A program made the position numbers and the translations under genes. DNA of 24,357 nt, from NCBI GenBank assembly GCA_040256005.1, contig JBDZWC010000035.1, positions 1 through 24,357 of the forward strand, in the 5' to 3' direction. The stretch comes from Deinococcaceae bacterium (lineage in GTDB: Bacteria > Deinococcota > Deinococci > Deinococcales > Trueperaceae). Of this stretch, positions 8,578 to 17,207 are shown piece after piece. The notes under the pieces were generated by a model that saw nothing but the letters and a program-made list of their open reading frames with translations, was not told where the DNA came from and searched no databases. Position 1 is the first letter of the stretch. The number at the start of each line of letters is the position of its first letter.

Positions 8578-9240
8578 TCAACCTCGCCGGGTCGCCAGCT
8601 CTTGCTGCTGCCTCAGCTTCACGACCACGCCGGCATCCACGTGGCCCCTCACGCTGGCCCCGTGGTAGATCACCGTGCCCCTGCCCACCAAGGTGCCGGG
8701 GGCCAAGACGGCGTTGCAGCCCACCGAGACACCGTCCCCGACGGCTGCCCCGAACTTGCGTAACCCCGTACGGACGTCACCGGAGACGATCTCGTCACCG
8801 AACGCCTTGAAGTTGGCCACCTTGACCCCCGCCCCGAGGTTGACGTCGTGTCCGAGGATGCTGTCGCCGACGTAGTTGAAGTGGGGCGCCTTGGCGCCGC
8901 CCAGGAAGAGCGAGCGCTTGACTTCACTGGCGTGCCCCACCTTGGCCCCCGGGCCGAGCACGACAGGTCCCCTCAGCCTGGCAGCGTGCCCCACCTCGGC
9001 CCCCTCTGCGAGGTAGACGGGTCCGGTCAGGTAGGCGTGTGGCCCTACCTTGGCCCCCTTCGCCATGTAGAGCGGGCCATCCACCACCGCGGTGGGGTGC
9101 ACTTCACCGCGTTGATCTACGAGCCCGCCGCCCAACTCGTCGAGCCGGGCCAAGGCGAGCCACGGCAGGTCGTCGGCCAGCAGCGCGCGTAGCTCATCGG
9201 GCACGAGCTCGAGGTCGAAGAGATCGGCCGTGGTCAGCAT
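8578..9240 (-). CDS. GlmU-like left-handed beta-helix (hexapeptide-repeat) acyltransferase lacking a nucleotidyltransferase domain
   Basis: Hexapeptide repeats plus APHFNYVGDSILG, NLGAG and TGLRKFGA. Start ATG 9240, 5 nt after TACACT. The 521-aa track ORF is over-extended into the antisense of the next gene. Confidence 0.85.
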   Translation of the reverse strand: MLTTADLFDLELVPDELRALLADDLPWLALARLDELGGGLVDQRGEVHPTAVVDGPLYMAKGAKVGPHAYLTGPVYLAEGAEVGHAARLRGPVVLGPGAKVGHASEVKRSLFLGGAKAPHFNYVGDSILGHDVNLGAGVKVANFKAFGDEIVSGDVRTGLRKFGAAVGDGVSVGCNAVLAPGTLVGRGTVIYHGASVRGHVDAGVVVKLRQQQELATRRG

Positions 9241-9330
9241 GAGCCAGTGTAGCCAGAGCCCACCGCCGTGAGGCGCGTCATGGGCCACTGCCAGCCGGTC
9301 ATCGGGCGCGCCGCGAAGGTAGAATCCGCC

Positions 9331-10221
9331 GTGCTGCACGTCGTGTTCAACCCCGTGGCCGGCCGCGGCCGAGCGCGCGCCGCCCTGGATGAGCTGGTGA
9401 GGCAGCTCGAGGCGGCCGGCGCCGAGCATGCGCTGCACGTGACCACGGGTCCGGGTCATGCGGTCGAGCTGGCCGCTGCGACGCCCGCCGGAGCGACGGT
9501 CGTCGCGGTAGGCGGCGACGGCACCGTCCACGAGGTCGTCACCGGTCTGGTACGGGCGGAGGGCGGCCGGGCCGTGACCTCCCGGTGTCTCGGCGTCGTG
9601 CCAGTCGGTTCCGGCGACGACTTCGCCCACGCCCTGGGCCTGCGCAGGGGCGACGTGCCGGCCGCCGTGCGGACGTTGTTGGCCGGCGCGCGTGAGCGCG
9701 TGGACCTGGGCATGGTCAACGGCGCCCCCTTCGCGAACGCGTTCAGCACCGGCTTCGATGCGGACGTCGCTAGCCGCCTCGACGACGCGCCGGGCTTCCT
9801 GAAGGGGCTGGCCGCGTACCTCTACGCCCTGGTCATCAGCCTCGGGTCCGCCCGCTCGGTACCCGCCAAGGTCGTGCTCGACGGCATTGACGCGGGCGTG
9901 GGCACCGCGCTGCTGGTCGCGGCCCAGAACGGTCCGCGCACGGGCGGCAGCTTCCGGTACGCCCCGGACGCGGTTCCGGACGACGGCCTGCTCGACGTCG
10001 TGGTAGCCCGCGACCTGGGGCTGCTCGGGACGTTGTCCGTGTTGCCCCGCGTGATGATGGGCACGCACCTGACGCACCCCAAGATCGAGCTCAGGCGTGC
10101 GCGCCGCGTCGAGATCGAGTGGGTGCAGCCGCGCAGGGCCCACGCGGACGGGGAGTCGGCCGGCAGGTCCGAGAGGTTCGTCGTCGAACTGCTCCCCGGA
10201 GCGCTGACGGTCATCCGCTGA
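9331..10221 (+). CDS. Diacylglycerol/lipid kinase family (YegS/DAGK) protein
   Basis: FNPVAGRG, VGGDGTVHEV, PVGSGDDFA, DDGLLD and HADGE. Start GTG 9331, 5 nt after TAGAAT. Confidence 0.92.
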   Translation: MLHVVFNPVAGRGRARAALDELVRQLEAAGAEHALHVTTGPGHAVELAAATPAGATVVAVGGDGTVHEVVTGLVRAEGGRAVTSRCLGVVPVGSGDDFAHALGLRRGDVPAAVRTLLAGARERVDLGMVNGAPFANAFSTGFDADVASRLDDAPGFLKGLAAYLYALVISLGSARSVPAKVVLDGIDAGVGTALLVAAQNGPRTGGSFRYAPDAVPDDGLLDVVVARDLGLLGTLSVLPRVMMGTHLTHPKIELRRARRVEIEWVQPRRAHADGESAGRSERFVVELLPGALTVIR

Positions 10222-10255
10222 CGACGCCCCGTGGGTAGCAGCGCTGCCCAGGAAC

Positions 10256-10292
10256 GAGAAGACCCCGCCTCCTTGCGAAGGCGGGGTCTCTC
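10256..10292. terminator. Intrinsic terminator hairpin between convergent DAGK and slpA genes
   Basis: 11-bp stem AGACCCCGCCT (10260-10270) / AGGCGGGGTCT (10279-10289) with a pyrimidine tail on the minus strand. Confidence 0.8.
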
Positions 10293-10321
10293 ACTACCGC
10301 GGCCCTAGAGCCGCCGGCTAC

Positions 10322-13099
10322 TCAGTCGAGGTCGACCGTGTAGGCGATCGAGAAGGCCTGGGCCGAGGAGAGAACACCGTTGTTGTTGTTCTCGTACGTG
10401 CCATAGGCGAACTCGAGGTCGTAGTAGTTCCAGATGACCTCGTAGCCCGAGGTGCTCTGGGTGCCCGTGCCGTTCACGTCGCCACCGCTGATGTCGGTTG
10501 CGAAGTCGCCAGCGCCGCGAGTGTTCGTGACGTTGTTGACGTTCGTGCCGGTGTACGAGCCGTACTTGGCGGTCAGCGTGCTGTGATCGAAGATGAACTG
10601 GTTCAGGACCAGCCCGACGCTCCACTGCAGTTCGCTGGCCGTGTAGACGGCAGCGTCCGTGTAGGACGTGCTGCGGTAGTTCACCGCACCTACGAGGCTC
10701 GGCTGCAGGTAGACGTTGAGCGGATCGGTCATGAGACCAGCCCCGACCTTCAGCTCCGTGTAGTCAACGCTGCCGGCGTCGGCGTCGTTGTCCATCGTGT
10801 AGCTGGCGTACGGGGTGAGCGTGACGATGGAGACCGTGAGGTCCATGTCGGCGCTCACTTCGAGCAGCGTGCGGCTGAAGTCGGCGTCGAGCTGCGAGTA
10901 GCTCGCTTCGAGGTTCAGCCCGCTGATCAGGGCGTTGTCGGCGGAGCCGTCATGGGTCAGGCTCACACCGAAGCCGGTGTTGTAGTTGCTGTCGCGCTCG
11001 ACGTCGGCGCCGGCGAGGGCCACCTGGGCCTCGTTGGCATCGACGTACGTGCGGACATCGTCCACGACCGTGCCGTTCACCGAGGCCTGGTGGAAGAAGC
11101 CACCGAGGGCGAAGCCGGCGAACAGGTCGGCGCTGGCATCGACACCGAAGGCCATCACGCTGTCGCCAGCGGTCGTGCCGTAGGAGTCGAAGTAGGCGTC
11201 GAGGTCGAGGATGAAGAGCGCCAGGCTGGCGTCCACGCCGAAGCCGGTCTGGTCTTCAGCGAAGGGGAAGCCGTTGGCCGAGGCGCCCAGGTTGTAGCCG
11301 TTCGCCGTCCACATGTCGCCGATCGAGCGGTAGTTCGCCGACAGCGAGGAGAGGATCGGGATACCGGCACCCGCGACGTCGACGTCGAGGGTGGCGTAGA
11401 GGACGCTCTCGTCCGTCAGGCCAGGGTTCGTGCTGCTGCCGTTGGCCCATTCGAAACCGAGGTCGAAGACGCTGAGGCTGACGTTGCCGTCGATGCCCCA
11501 GACCGTAGCGGTGACGTTGTCAGCGTTGACATCGTCCTTGTCGCCGGCGTTGGCAGCCTGCTGAGCGAAGCTGCCGCCGATCCTCACGCCTTCGAGAGGA
11601 GCGAGGGTGACGCGGATACCGCGCAGGTACTCGTCAACGGCGGGCGTCGTGTAGACGACCGTGACCGTCGGGTCGAGGAACGAGAGGAACTCGACGCCGG
11701 CGAGGGTGGCAACGAAGCCGGGGTCCTCGGTGGCGACGACGTACGGGGTGAAGCTGGTTTCGACTTCCGTGCCGAACTGGAAGGTCAGCGGGGCGGCGCC
11801 GATCGGCGAGAACGTCGTGGTGAACTCGTCGATCTCGAAGGTGATCGGGTCGCCGGGCTGCGCGTTGCTGTTCGTGTTGATGTCGATCTCGAGAACGGCC
11901 TCGAACGAGTTGAGCGCGTTCGGGCTGCCCGAGCCGTTGAACAGCGAGCCGGCAGCGAAGCTGAGGCTCAGAGTGGCGGTGGCGGTACCGGAAGTCTGTT
12001 CGATGTCGTGACGGTCCTGAGCGACTTCGCCGACTTCGGTCCGGTAGTTGGACGAGGTGTCGGAGTCGCCGTCGAGTTCCGCCGCTCCGGTCGAGAAGAC
12101 GGAGGCGCCCATGTCACGGTCGTTGTTCAGACCGTAGACGCGGTCGACGTCGAACGGGTTGCCGAGCACGCGGCCGACGAAGTACTCGACCGTGATGCTG
12201 CCGGTGATGCCGAGCGGGTTCTCCTCGAGGGCCGTGACGCGCTCTTCGAGGGACGCGATGGCAGCCGACTGCTGTGCATCGGAAGCCTCGAGGGCCGCGA
12301 CGCGGTCACGCAGGGCGACCTGGTCACGACGCAGGAGGATGACGAACTCGCGAAGGTTCGCGATGTCGCTCCGGTTGCGCTCGATGGCGCCAGCCAAGCC
12401 AGCCGTGTCGGCGCCACCAGGCACAGCCACGGGGCCGCCGCCGGCGGACTCGAGAGCGCTCACGCGGCTGTCGAGCAGCTGCACGACCCGGTTGAGGGCC
12501 GCGATCTCGTCGGCGTTCTGGCGGGCGAGCGTGTTGGCCTGGTTGGCGAGGCTGTAGGCCTCGTCCGCACGGGCGGCGGCGGCGTCGGCCTGCGCCTGCG
12601 CCGTGTCGATGGCGACGCGCTGAGAGGCGATCTGGTTCTGGAGGTCACGAAGGACCGCCGGGTCGACGTCGCTGGCGCCACCGAGCATCGCTTCGAGTTC
12701 GTCGAGGCGAGCGGTGTTGGCGGCGACCTCGTCGGAGAGACCCGCGATGGCGGACTCGGCCGAGGAGAGGCGCACACCCTGCGCTGCTACGTCGGAACCG
12801 ATCTCCTGGACTGCGTTGCGCAGCGACTCGATGTCGGCCTGCGTCAGCGCGGTTGCGGCGTCCAGGTTCTCGTTCAGAACGTCAAGGAGACGGCTGACCA
12901 CGAGGGCGGCCTGGTAACGCGTGAAAGCTTCGTTACCGCGGAACGTCCCATCGGGGAAGCCGATGACGATGCCTAGGTCAGCGATGCGATCGACGGCGTC
13001 GCCGGCCCAGTGGTTCGCCGGGATGTCCGGGAACGAGGACTGAGCGAAGGCGCCGCTGACGAACACAGCTGCCAGGAGCGTGATTGCGAGCTTCTTCAT
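10322..13099 (-). CDS. slpA: S-layer/outer-membrane protein SlpA-like (signal peptide, SLH domain, long coiled coil, beta-rich C-terminal barrel)
   Basis: Signal peptide MKKLAITLLAAVFVSGAFA, SLH domain FPDIPANHWA..GFPDGTFRG..TRYQAA, about 220 aa of coiled coil, then alternating beta strands rich in G/D/N/Y/F. Confidence 0.88.
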   Translation of the reverse strand: MKKLAITLLAAVFVSGAFAQSSFPDIPANHWAGDAVDRIADLGIVIGFPDGTFRGNEAFTRYQAALVVSRLLDVLNENLDAATALTQADIESLRNAVQEIGSDVAAQGVRLSSAESAIAGLSDEVAANTARLDELEAMLGGASDVDPAVLRDLQNQIASQRVAIDTAQAQADAAAARADEAYSLANQANTLARQNADEIAALNRVVQLLDSRVSALESAGGGPVAVPGGADTAGLAGAIERNRSDIANLREFVILLRRDQVALRDRVAALEASDAQQSAAIASLEERVTALEENPLGITGSITVEYFVGRVLGNPFDVDRVYGLNNDRDMGASVFSTGAAELDGDSDTSSNYRTEVGEVAQDRHDIEQTSGTATATLSLSFAAGSLFNGSGSPNALNSFEAVLEIDINTNSNAQPGDPITFEIDEFTTTFSPIGAAPLTFQFGTEVETSFTPYVVATEDPGFVATLAGVEFLSFLDPTVTVVYTTPAVDEYLRGIRVTLAPLEGVRIGGSFAQQAANAGDKDDVNADNVTATVWGIDGNVSLSVFDLGFEWANGSSTNPGLTDESVLYATLDVDVAGAGIPILSSLSANYRSIGDMWTANGYNLGASANGFPFAEDQTGFGVDASLALFILDLDAYFDSYGTTAGDSVMAFGVDASADLFAGFALGGFFHQASVNGTVVDDVRTYVDANEAQVALAGADVERDSNYNTGFGVSLTHDGSADNALISGLNLEASYSQLDADFSRTLLEVSADMDLTVSIVTLTPYASYTMDNDADAGSVDYTELKVGAGLMTDPLNVYLQPSLVGAVNYRSTSYTDAAVYTASELQWSVGLVLNQFIFDHSTLTAKYGSYTGTNVNNVTNTRGAGDFATDISGGDVNGTGTQSTSGYEVIWNYYDLEFAYGTYENNNNGVLSSAQAFSIAYTVDLD

Positions 13100-13340
13100 G
13101 TGGTTTACCCCTTGAACTGTTGGACATTGCTATGCCGAATCGCCTTCGTGCTCCAAGGGGCGTCCCGTGAGTTGCCTAGTTTCCTCACCAGGACGACGGT
13201 AGGTAGCCCTTCTGGCTCATCGGAGACCTTCGCGGTTCATAGGGCCGGTTCAAGTGGGTGTCACCTCCTTCCCATGCGGCCGAAGACTCGCGAGAGTCCG
13301 TCTCAGAGTAGACCACAGACTGTTAAGCGATGTCAACCGC
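13100..13340 (-). promoter_or_regulatory. slpA promoter and ~200-nt leader
   Basis: Minus strand: TTGACA 13331-13336, TACTCT 13305-13310 (20-nt spacer, non-optimal), hairpin 13285-13298, AAGGAGGTGA 13261-13270, and proximal SD AAGGGGT before ATG 13099. Confidence 0.5.
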
Positions 13341-13544
13341 GGTGAAGGTTCCATGAGAGGGCAAAAAGCCCATGACCATCGACAAATACCGGCGTTGTGA
13401 AGCGCAATACTCATGGTTATCTCATATACGCGCTGCGCCCGGTCTCATGAAGGTACGAGTAGCGACTCAGGGGGCGCTCACGGAGCCGGCACATGAACCC
13501 ATCGCCTCTCTCCCGCGACTACTGCCCCCTGGTAGCATCGCCGC

Positions 13545-14486
13545 ATGGCCCGCCTGACAGTCCCAGCCGCCGAAGAGCTGCTCGACAAGCCCATCCCCGT
13601 GCTCGACCACGGCTTCGTCAGGCTCGTCGACTACCTGGGGGGCGACGAACGGATCGTGCAGGCGGCGCGTGTGTCGTACGGCGAGGGTACGAAGACCGTC
13701 AGGGAGGACGCCGCCCTGATCGACTACCTGCTAAGGCACCACCACACCAGCCCGTTCGAGCAGGTGATCTTGACGTTCCACGTCAAGATGCCGATCTTCG
13801 TCGCCAGGCAGTGGATAAGGCACCGCACCGCGCGCCTCAACGAGATCAGCGGCCGTTACAGCGTCATGCGCGACGAGTTCTACGTGCCCAGGCGCCACGA
13901 GGTCAGGTTCCAGAGCACCGTCAACCGGCAAGGCAGCGACGACCGCGCCGTACCGCCGGAGCTGCAGGAGCGCGTGCTGGAGCTGCTGGCAGCCGGACAG
14001 ACGCGGTCCTACGAGGAGTACGAGACGCTGCTACAGGACGACGTCGCGCGGGAGCTGGCGCGCATCAACCTGCCGCTCTCGCTCTACACCGAGATGTACT
14101 GGCAGTGCGACCTCAACAACCTCTTCCACTTCCTGAGGTTGCGGCTCGACTGGCACGCCCAATACGAGATACGGGCGTACGGCGACGCCGTAGCCACCGC
14201 CGTCAAGGCCGTCAGCCCCGTGGCCTACCAGGCGTTCGAGGAGCACATCCTGCACGGGCGCAGCTTCTCTCGCTCGGAGTTGGAGACATTGAGGTCCGCG
14301 CTCGACGTGTCCGCGCTGCGGACCGCCCTGGCTGAGAGCGGGATGCGGAAGACCCGCCGCGCGGAGTTCCTGGCGAAGCTGGGTCTCACGCCCAGCGACC
14401 TGCCGGCCGAGGCTACGCCCGCCGACCATCCGGCCCAGGGAACGGCCCCCGCCGCGGCAGGAGGCGGCCACACGGAACGACGCTGA
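13545..14486 (+). CDS. thyX: FAD-dependent thymidylate synthase
   Basis: ThyX motif RHRTARLNEIS GRY, plus HTSPFE, ARELARINLP and HAQYEIR. Confidence 0.96.
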   Translation: MARLTVPAAEELLDKPIPVLDHGFVRLVDYLGGDERIVQAARVSYGEGTKTVREDAALIDYLLRHHHTSPFEQVILTFHVKMPIFVARQWIRHRTARLNEISGRYSVMRDEFYVPRRHEVRFQSTVNRQGSDDRAVPPELQERVLELLAAGQTRSYEEYETLLQDDVARELARINLPLSLYTEMYWQCDLNNLFHFLRLRLDWHAQYEIRAYGDAVATAVKAVSPVAYQAFEEHILHGRSFSRSELETLRSALDVSALRTALAESGMRKTRRAEFLAKLGLTPSDLPAEATPADHPAQGTAPAAAGGGHTERR

Positions 14487-14944
14487 TGCGTTACCGGGTG
14501 GTGGCGGTGGGAGCCATGAAGCGCGGCCCACTGGCCGAGGCGGCACAGCGTTACGCCAAGCTACTGTCTGGCCCGGCCAGCGTCGAGCTGGTCGAGGTCA
14601 AAGACCGCACCGCGTCCGGTGTCGACGCCGCCCGCGCCGCTCACGACGAGCAGGCGTTGCGACATGCCGAAGGCCACCTGCTCCTCGTCGACGAGACGGG
14701 CGACCAGCTCACCACCGCGGAGCTCGCCGAGCGGGTAGACGCCTGGGAACGCGGCGGCGCCAGCCGCATCACGCTGTTCGTGGGCGGTCCCGACGGTCAC
14801 GGACGTGCGTTGCGCGAGGCGGTCGACGGTTCCCTGGCGCTCTCGCGCCTGACGCTGCCGCACGACCTGGCGCGCGTCGTGCTACTCGAGCAGCTCTACC
14901 GCGTCGAGGCTCTGCGGGCCGGCCACCCCTACCACCGCTCCTAG
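14486..14944 (+). CDS. rlmH: 23S rRNA (pseudouridine1915-N3)-methyltransferase
   Basis: FVGGPDG and LSRLTLPHDLARVVLLEQLYR..GHPYH; TGATG overlap with thyX. Confidence 0.95.
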   Translation: MRYRVVAVGAMKRGPLAEAAQRYAKLLSGPASVELVEVKDRTASGVDAARAAHDEQALRHAEGHLLLVDETGDQLTTAELAERVDAWERGGASRITLFVGGPDGHGRALREAVDGSLALSRLTLPHDLARVVLLEQLYRVEALRAGHPYHRS

Positions 14945-15609
14945 GCTGCGGCCCTGGCCGCCACGAGGGCCGCGTACAGTCCCAGCGCGTTCACCGTGGC
15001 GGCGCCCAGGCGGTCGAACGGGACGGGACCGGGCTCCTCGAGCGTCAGGAGTAGGTTCCTGCCACCGATCACGACGACCGGCGCGACCCGGCCCCGCACG
15101 GGGCGGTCGCCGTCATCGGAACGCGCGGGGCCGTCGCACAGCAGCCTGAGCAGGGCCTCCCTCACGGGCTTCGACAGGAGGCGCCGTGCACCTGCCTCGT
15201 CCCTGGCGTAGACGCCAAGGCGTTCGTCGAAGGCAGGGTCGCCCGTGACCTCCACCCTCACGCTGCCAGTGCGTCCCGTCTCGATCCGCTCCATGGCGCG
15301 GCCCAAGCGCTCCGTGACACGTAGGGAGACGAACTCGACGTCGCCTGCGGCCCTGACCAAGACGCAGCTGCGCACCCCCGTGACCTTGCCGGTGGGGCCG
15401 ACGCGTTCCCTCACCTGGTCGAAGACGACGAGTCGCGGCTGCCCGGGGCGCACCAAGGCGTAGACCGGCCCGATATCTCCCGGGCCCAGGCCCAACTGGT
15501 CTGGCAACCTGCCCGCCAGGTCGTCGCCGGGCACCAGCTCGAGCTCGGCCGCGAACCTATCCCACTCGTCCCGGCGCCCGACAGGGCGCCGCGCTTGTCT
15601 GCGGAACAT
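14941..15609 (-). CDS. Hypothetical protein (222 aa)
   Basis: Fills the gap between rlmH and sufT. ATG lies 6 nt after TATCTT. Contains GDPAFDERLGVYARD but no family I can name. Confidence 0.7.
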   Translation of the reverse strand: MFRRQARRPVGRRDEWDRFAAELELVPGDDLAGRLPDQLGLGPGDIGPVYALVRPGQPRLVVFDQVRERVGPTGKVTGVRSCVLVRAAGDVEFVSLRVTERLGRAMERIETGRTGSVRVEVTGDPAFDERLGVYARDEAGARRLLSKPVREALLRLLCDGPARSDDGDRPVRGRVAPVVVIGGRNLLLTLEEPGPVPFDRLGAATVNALGLYAALVAARAAA

Positions 15610-15694
15610 CAGCGCAAGATAGCCGCTTTCACGCCGGCCCGACGAGGTCTGCTGGCGCCTCGATGCGGTTCGGTCGTGGCGGCCCGCGGCGGGC

Positions 15695-16075
15695 TCAGAT
15701 GTTGAAGCCGAACATGCGCATCTGGCGCTTGCCGTCCTCTGTCATCTTCTGCGGGCTCCAGGGCGGAGACCACACGAAGTCGACGGTCACGGAGTTCACA
15801 CCGTCGACCTTCATGACGGCTAGCTCGGCGTCGGCCTGTATCAGGTCCTGCACCGGGCAGCCCATGCTGGTGAGCGTCATCTCGATGCCGACGTTGCCGG
15901 CGTCGTCGATGCCGACCTCGTAGACGAGCCCGAGGTCGACGACGTTCACCGGGATCTCGGGATCGCGTACGACCTTGAGCGCCTCGAGGACCTGGTCCCG
16001 CATGGCGCTCTTGCCATCCGCGCCGGCGGGGTCCACGCTCGGCGTGTCACTGGCGCTCTGGCTCGTGTCGCTCAT
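15695..16075 (-). CDS. DUF59/SufT/PaaD-like Fe-S cluster assembly factor
   Basis: DPEIPVNVVDLGLVY, TLTSMGCP and VWSPPWS. ATG 16075 is 7 nt after TAACCT. Confidence 0.92.
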   Translation of the reverse strand: MSDTSQSASDTPSVDPAGADGKSAMRDQVLEALKVVRDPEIPVNVVDLGLVYEVGIDDAGNVGIEMTLTSMGCPVQDLIQADAELAVMKVDGVNSVTVDFVWSPPWSPQKMTEDGKRQMRMFGFNI

Positions 16076-16098
16076 GCGAGCGAGGTTACCAGAGCCGC

Positions 16099-17160
16099 TC
16101 ACCACTCCGCGTAGCGGTCACGGTGCACGGTGAACGCCACGGTCAGGCACAGCAGCGTGGAGATCAGGCTCGTGCCGCCGTACGAGACCAGCGGCAGCGT
16201 GATGCCTGTCACGGGCGCGAGCCCCAACGTCACGCCGATGTTCACCAGCACCTGGAAGCCGATCAGCACGACGACCCCGACGATGATGAGCTGGTCGCGC
16301 TCGAACGGGCACTCGGACGCCATCGAGATCAGTCGCCAGAAGAGGAGGCCGTACAACAGGAGCAACGTCACGGACGCTACGAAGCCGCCCTCTTCGGCCA
16401 GCACCGGGAAGATGAAGTCGGTCTGCTTCTCTGGGATGAAGTTGAGCTGCCCCTGGGTGCCCTGCTTGTAGCCCTTGCCCAGGAGCCCGCCCGAGCCCAC
16501 CGCGATGGTGGCCTGGATGATCTGGTAGCCCGAACCCTGCGCGTCGGCCTCAGGGTCGAGGAACGACAAGAGGCGGTCGCGCTGGTAGTCCGCCAGGCTG
16601 GGAAGGAGGACCGTGGGGGTCGCGATGACGACCGCCAACACGATGACGACGAGCTGCCTGATGGGCACGCCGCGCACCAGGATCATCCCGACGGCCACCA
16701 TGGCGATCACCAGGGCCGACCCGAAGTCGGGCTCCTGGAAGACGAGCAGCACCGGCACGGCGAACAGCACGCCCAGCCTGAGGTAGTCGAGGATCCCGCG
16801 TATCGGCCGCTCGTGCATGGCCGACGCCAGCGCCAGGATCAGAGCGAGCTTGGCGAGCTCGCTGGGCTGGAACCCGGGCAACGGCCCTATGTAGAGCCAG
16901 GACTTGGCGTTGTTCACCTCGGTGCCGATCAGATGCACCAACACCAGAGCCGCCACGCTCAACACGTAGAGGTAGGGCGTGAACCTGACGATCCGCACCT
17001 TCCCGACCCACAGCACGACGCCGGCCAGCACCACGCCGGCCGCGAGGAACACCAGCTGTCGGCTCAGCTCGGTGCCCGGCGCCGCGCTGTTGAGGGTCGC
17101 GAGGCCGATACCGAGGATCAGAGCCACCACGACCGGCAGGCTCAGGTCGACTCTCGCCAC
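16099..17160 (-). CDS. rodA: SEDS peptidoglycan glycosyltransferase RodA
   Basis: FQPSELAK, EPDFGS, GSGGLLGKG, PEKQTDFIF and GITLPLVSYGGTS. Confidence 0.9.
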   Translation of the reverse strand: MARVDLSLPVVVALILGIGLATLNSAAPGTELSRQLVFLAAGVVLAGVVLWVGKVRIVRFTPYLYVLSVAALVLVHLIGTEVNNAKSWLYIGPLPGFQPSELAKLALILALASAMHERPIRGILDYLRLGVLFAVPVLLVFQEPDFGSALVIAMVAVGMILVRGVPIRQLVVIVLAVVIATPTVLLPSLADYQRDRLLSFLDPEADAQGSGYQIIQATIAVGSGGLLGKGYKQGTQGQLNFIPEKQTDFIFPVLAEEGGFVASVTLLLLYGLLFWRLISMASECPFERDQLIIVGVVVLIGFQVLVNIGVTLGLAPVTGITLPLVSYGGTSLISTLLCLTVAFTVHRDRYAEW

Positions 17161-17207
17161 GGCGGCAGTCTAACCAGCCCGGCCGGAGCGACCTCGTGGC
17201 GGTGTTC

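Noticed and set aside
9241..10143. Apparent 300-aa N-terminal extension (fusion) of the GlmU-like protein
   Set aside because: It is the antisense of the DAGK gene. A -10 box supports ATG 9240 as the true start.
10583..12976. 797-aa plus-strand ORF antisense to slpA
   Set aside because: Shadow ORF produced by strong codon bias on the opposite strand. It has no motifs, and slpA explains the region.
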